From Acidimicrobiia bacterium (lineage in GTDB: Bacteria; Actinomycetota; Acidimicrobiia; Spongiisociales; JAENVV01), in NCBI GenBank assembly GCA_041577335.1, contig JBFGJH010000007.1, forward strand, positions 54,858-74,857: a stretch of DNA of 20,000 nt. The letters run 5' to 3'. Shown piece after piece: positions 17,412 to 20,000 of this stretch. Below the pieces are notes generated by a model, which was given only the letters and a program-made list of their open reading frames with translations, did no database searches and was not told the DNA's origin. Both the position numbers and the translations under genes were made by a program. How positions within the stretch are numbered: the first letter of the stretch is position 1; each line of letters begins with the position of its first letter.

Positions 17412-18488
17412 ATGCCCTACCTGGCCCATCCCGATTCGCTCGCGGACCTGCTGCCCAACGAACCGAAGTTCCGTGGGGATCAGCTGCGCGACTGGTTGTA
17501 TCGCATGCCCGTCCTCGACGCGGCCGGCATGACGAACCTCCCTGCGCCGGTACGGGACAGGCTCGCCAGCCGCTTGTGGCCCTTCGAAGTCGAGCGCGAC
17601 CTCACCGCCGACGACGGGACCACCAAGAAGTGGCTCTTCCGGGCGCCAGATGGCGCTGCATACGAGGCAGTGCTGATGGGGTACCCGCGCCGGGTGACAC
17701 TATGCATCTCGTCCCAGGCCGGTTGCGCCCTCGGATGCACGTTCTGCGCCACTGGCCAGTTCGGATTCGAGCGCCACCTCCACGAAGGTGAGATCTACGC
17801 GCAGGTTGCCTATGCGGCTGCCTATCTCAGAAGCCACGGCCTGCCCGGCTCGCCCTCGCGACTCAGCAACGTGGTCTTCATGGGAATGGGCGAGCCCCTC
17901 GCCAACTACCCAAGGGTGAAGGAGGCGCTTCGGCGGATGATCGAGGTGCAGGGGATGTCTGCCAGGTCGCTCACCGTCTCCACGGTAGGAGTGGTGCCGG
18001 GCATCATGAGGCTGGCCGAGGAGCCGTGGCCGGTGCGGCTCGCCGTGAGCTTGCATGCGGCCGACGACGACCTTCGCTCGACCCTGGTCCCTCTCAATCA
18101 GCGCTACCCCATCGAGGCGTTGATACAGGCAGCCGAGGCCTACTTCGCCGCCAAGGGACGCCGAGTTTCGCTCGAATGGACTTTGATGGACGGAGTCAAC
18201 GACACTGCCGATCAGGCGACCAAGCTCGCCCACATCGCTCTGCGCCTGGGTGCGCACATCAACCTCATCGCCATGAACCCGACGCCCCGCTCCGACGACA
18301 GACCTTCTCGTCCGAGACAGATCGCTGAATTCATGTCGATCTTGCAGACGAAGGGCGCCAATGCCACTCTGCGTCACATGCGTGGGCAGACCATCGACGC
18401 AGCGTGCGGCCAGCTCAGGGTGAGCGCTGATGGAAGCTCGACCTCCGCGAAAAAAACCACTACAGTGCCCATGCCTCGTCGTCGATGA
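17412..18488 (+). CDS. rlmN: 23S rRNA m2A2503 / tRNA methyltransferase RlmN (radical SAM)
   Basis: CISSQAGCALGCTFCATG, VFMGMGEPLAN, LAVSLHA, RGQTIDAACGQL. Confidence 0.95.
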   Translation: MPYLAHPDSLADLLPNEPKFRGDQLRDWLYRMPVLDAAGMTNLPAPVRDRLASRLWPFEVERDLTADDGTTKKWLFRAPDGAAYEAVLMGYPRRVTLCISSQAGCALGCTFCATGQFGFERHLHEGEIYAQVAYAAAYLRSHGLPGSPSRLSNVVFMGMGEPLANYPRVKEALRRMIEVQGMSARSLTVSTVGVVPGIMRLAEEPWPVRLAVSLHAADDDLRSTLVPLNQRYPIEALIQAAEAYFAAKGRRVSLEWTLMDGVNDTADQATKLAHIALRLGAHINLIAMNPTPRSDDRPSRPRQIAEFMSILQTKGANATLRHMRGQTIDAACGQLRVSADGSSTSAKKTTTVPMPRRR

Positions 18489-18578
18489 GGCATCGACCCG
18501 TCAATCGCTGGCGACGGGCCCACGACAGGGAACTACGGGAAACGCATCACCGGGCGGAGCTTCAACGGAGAGAGAAGC

Positions 18579-19556
18579 ATGCCCAAAAGCCAGCGTCGTC
18601 GGGGATTCGTCGTATTCGCAGTGATTGCCCTCGTGTTGACCACAGCCATGTCGCACTACACGGTGAAACCGGGTGACACGCTTTCGGAAATCGCGGCCTC
18701 AAACGATCTAGCCGTGGCCGATCTCATGGCCAGCAACGGCATCTCGAATCCAGATCTGATCTTCGCCGGGCAGCAGCTCGACATTCACGGAGGGACAGCC
18801 GACTCGTCCGTGATTGCCCCGCTCCTGCCCACCTCGGTGACTCACATCGTGGCGCCCGGCGAGACGCTCGCCTCGATCGCCGGCCGTTACTCCACGACGA
18901 GCGCGGCACTCATGGCGCTCAACGGCATCACCAACCCGAATCTCATCTTCGCCGGGACACAGCTCATCATTCAGGGTTCGGTGCCGATATCGCTGCCGAA
19001 TGCGGATACTCCTGGGCCCGGTACTCACACGGTTCAACCAGGCGAGACGATCAGCGAGATCGCTGCCCGGTATGGCGTGTCGATAGCCGACATCGTCGCC
19101 GCCAACGGGCTGAGCAACGCCGACTTCGTTCGAGCGGGTGACAAGCTCACCATCGCCGGGGCAGGAGGCGGATTCCGATGCCCCGTCGAAGGAAGAGCGT
19201 CGTTCTTCAACGACTATGGCTTCCCCCGGTCGGGCGGCCGGTTCCACGAGGGCAACGACCTGTTCGCTCCGCGGGGCACCCCCGTCGTTGCTCCCGTCAG
19301 CGGCTTCGTGCACCACCTTGTCGGCGTCGTGGGAGGCAAGCAATACCGTCTCGATGGCAATGACGGACACCGATACATCGGGACCCATATGGACTCATTC
19401 GGAATCGACGGCCAAGTGCAGGCGGGTGACGTCATTGGGTTCGTCGGCGACTCAGGCAACGCAGCCGGCTCCGATCCCCACCTCCATTTCGAGATCCATT
19501 TGAACAGGGTCGATCCAACGAATCCCTATCCGATGCTCGCTCAAGCGTGCCGCTGA
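18579..19556 (+). CDS. Secreted 3xLysM + M23 peptidoglycan endopeptidase
   Basis: Three LysM repeats (YTVKPGDTLSEIA, HIVAPGETLASIA, HTVQPGETISEIA); HEGND and PHLHFE; GGAGAG RBS. Confidence 0.92.
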   Translation: MPKSQRRRGFVVFAVIALVLTTAMSHYTVKPGDTLSEIAASNDLAVADLMASNGISNPDLIFAGQQLDIHGGTADSSVIAPLLPTSVTHIVAPGETLASIAGRYSTTSAALMALNGITNPNLIFAGTQLIIQGSVPISLPNADTPGPGTHTVQPGETISEIAARYGVSIADIVAANGLSNADFVRAGDKLTIAGAGGGFRCPVEGRASFFNDYGFPRSGGRFHEGNDLFAPRGTPVVAPVSGFVHHLVGVVGGKQYRLDGNDGHRYIGTHMDSFGIDGQVQAGDVIGFVGDSGNAAGSDPHLHFEIHLNRVDPTNPYPMLAQACR

Positions 19557-19572
19557 CGGCTGCACCTGCTCG

Positions 19573-20000
19573 TCAGCTGCCGAGCACGATCTCGCGCAGG
19601 TGATCCAACCCGACCGGGCCGGATCCGAGCACGTCCCCGTGAAAAGCCTTGAGATCGAAATCTCTGGCCTCGGAACGGGCTTCCCGCAGATCGAGAATCG
19701 CCTGCTCTCCCAGTTTGTAGCTGATGGCCTGGCCGGGCCAACCGAGATACCGGGTGACTTCTGACTCGGCGTAGTCACGCTCGAGAAAGGCGTGGCTCCG
19801 AAGCAGTGACACGGCCTTGTCGAAGGTCCAGCGATCACCGGCGACGATATCCGATTCGATTTCCAGATCGAGGTGCATTCCGATGTCGATGACGATCCGA
19901 CAGGCGCGCAGCAATTGGGAGGCGACCAGGCCGAGTTCATAATCCGGTTTCTCGAAATAGCCCAACTCATCCATGAGGCCCTCGGCGTAGAGCGCCCACC
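19573..20000 (-). CDS. DUF885-family protein, C-terminal part (extends beyond the window)
   Basis: GWALYAE at the window edge, RACRIVIDIGMH, EVTRYLGWPGQAISYKLG, FDLKAFH..VL..G. Confidence 0.88.
   Translation of the reverse strand, partial: WALYAEGLMDELGYFEKPDYELGLVASQLLRACRIVIDIGMHLDLEIESDIVAGDRWTFDKAVSLLRSHAFLERDYAESEVTRYLGWPGQAISYKLGEQAILDLREARSEARDFDLKAFHGDVLGSGPVGLDHLREIVLGS

Noticed and set aside
18450..18456. A7 run near the end of rlmN as a slippage or phase-variation site
   Set aside because: Lies after the last conserved motif in a variable tail; short and without evident consequence
113..19970. Numerous long antisense or alternative-frame ORFs (e.g. 1998..2675, 12796..13572, 14222..15070, 16486..17274)
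   Set aside because: Expected shadows of high-GC coding DNA; Arg/Pro-rich with no motifs

Overview
High-GC bacterial DNA, most consistent with an actinobacterium (class E sortase, TANNNT leaderless starts, gene content; Acidimicrobiia-like by inference). Most of the window is housekeeping or envelope genes: a MenA/UbiA-type prenyltransferase, acnA, orn, a molybdopterin oxidoreductase, TlpA, sortase E, an enoyl-CoA hydratase, gamma-glutamyltransferase, an NCS1 permease, rlmN, DUF885 and four peptidoglycan hydrolases. The notable part is 8252-12518. An unannotated 29-aa signal-peptide-like ORF (MRTRLIRLMAVTASLAAALFAGGASFKVG) with a long, highly structured leader heads an operon of two membrane-bound HD-GYP proteins, one intact and one degenerate. 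This operon is flanked by a DUF5317 membrane protein whose motif layout resembles signal peptidase II and by a divergent hypothetical gene with a LeuA-regulatory-like C-terminal domain. Together these suggest a candidate peptide-pheromone to c-di-GMP signalling system. Sigma28/WhiG-like promoter motifs occur upstream of cell-wall hydrolases and of the divergent gene. No rRNA, tRNA, CRISPR array or mobile element was seen.
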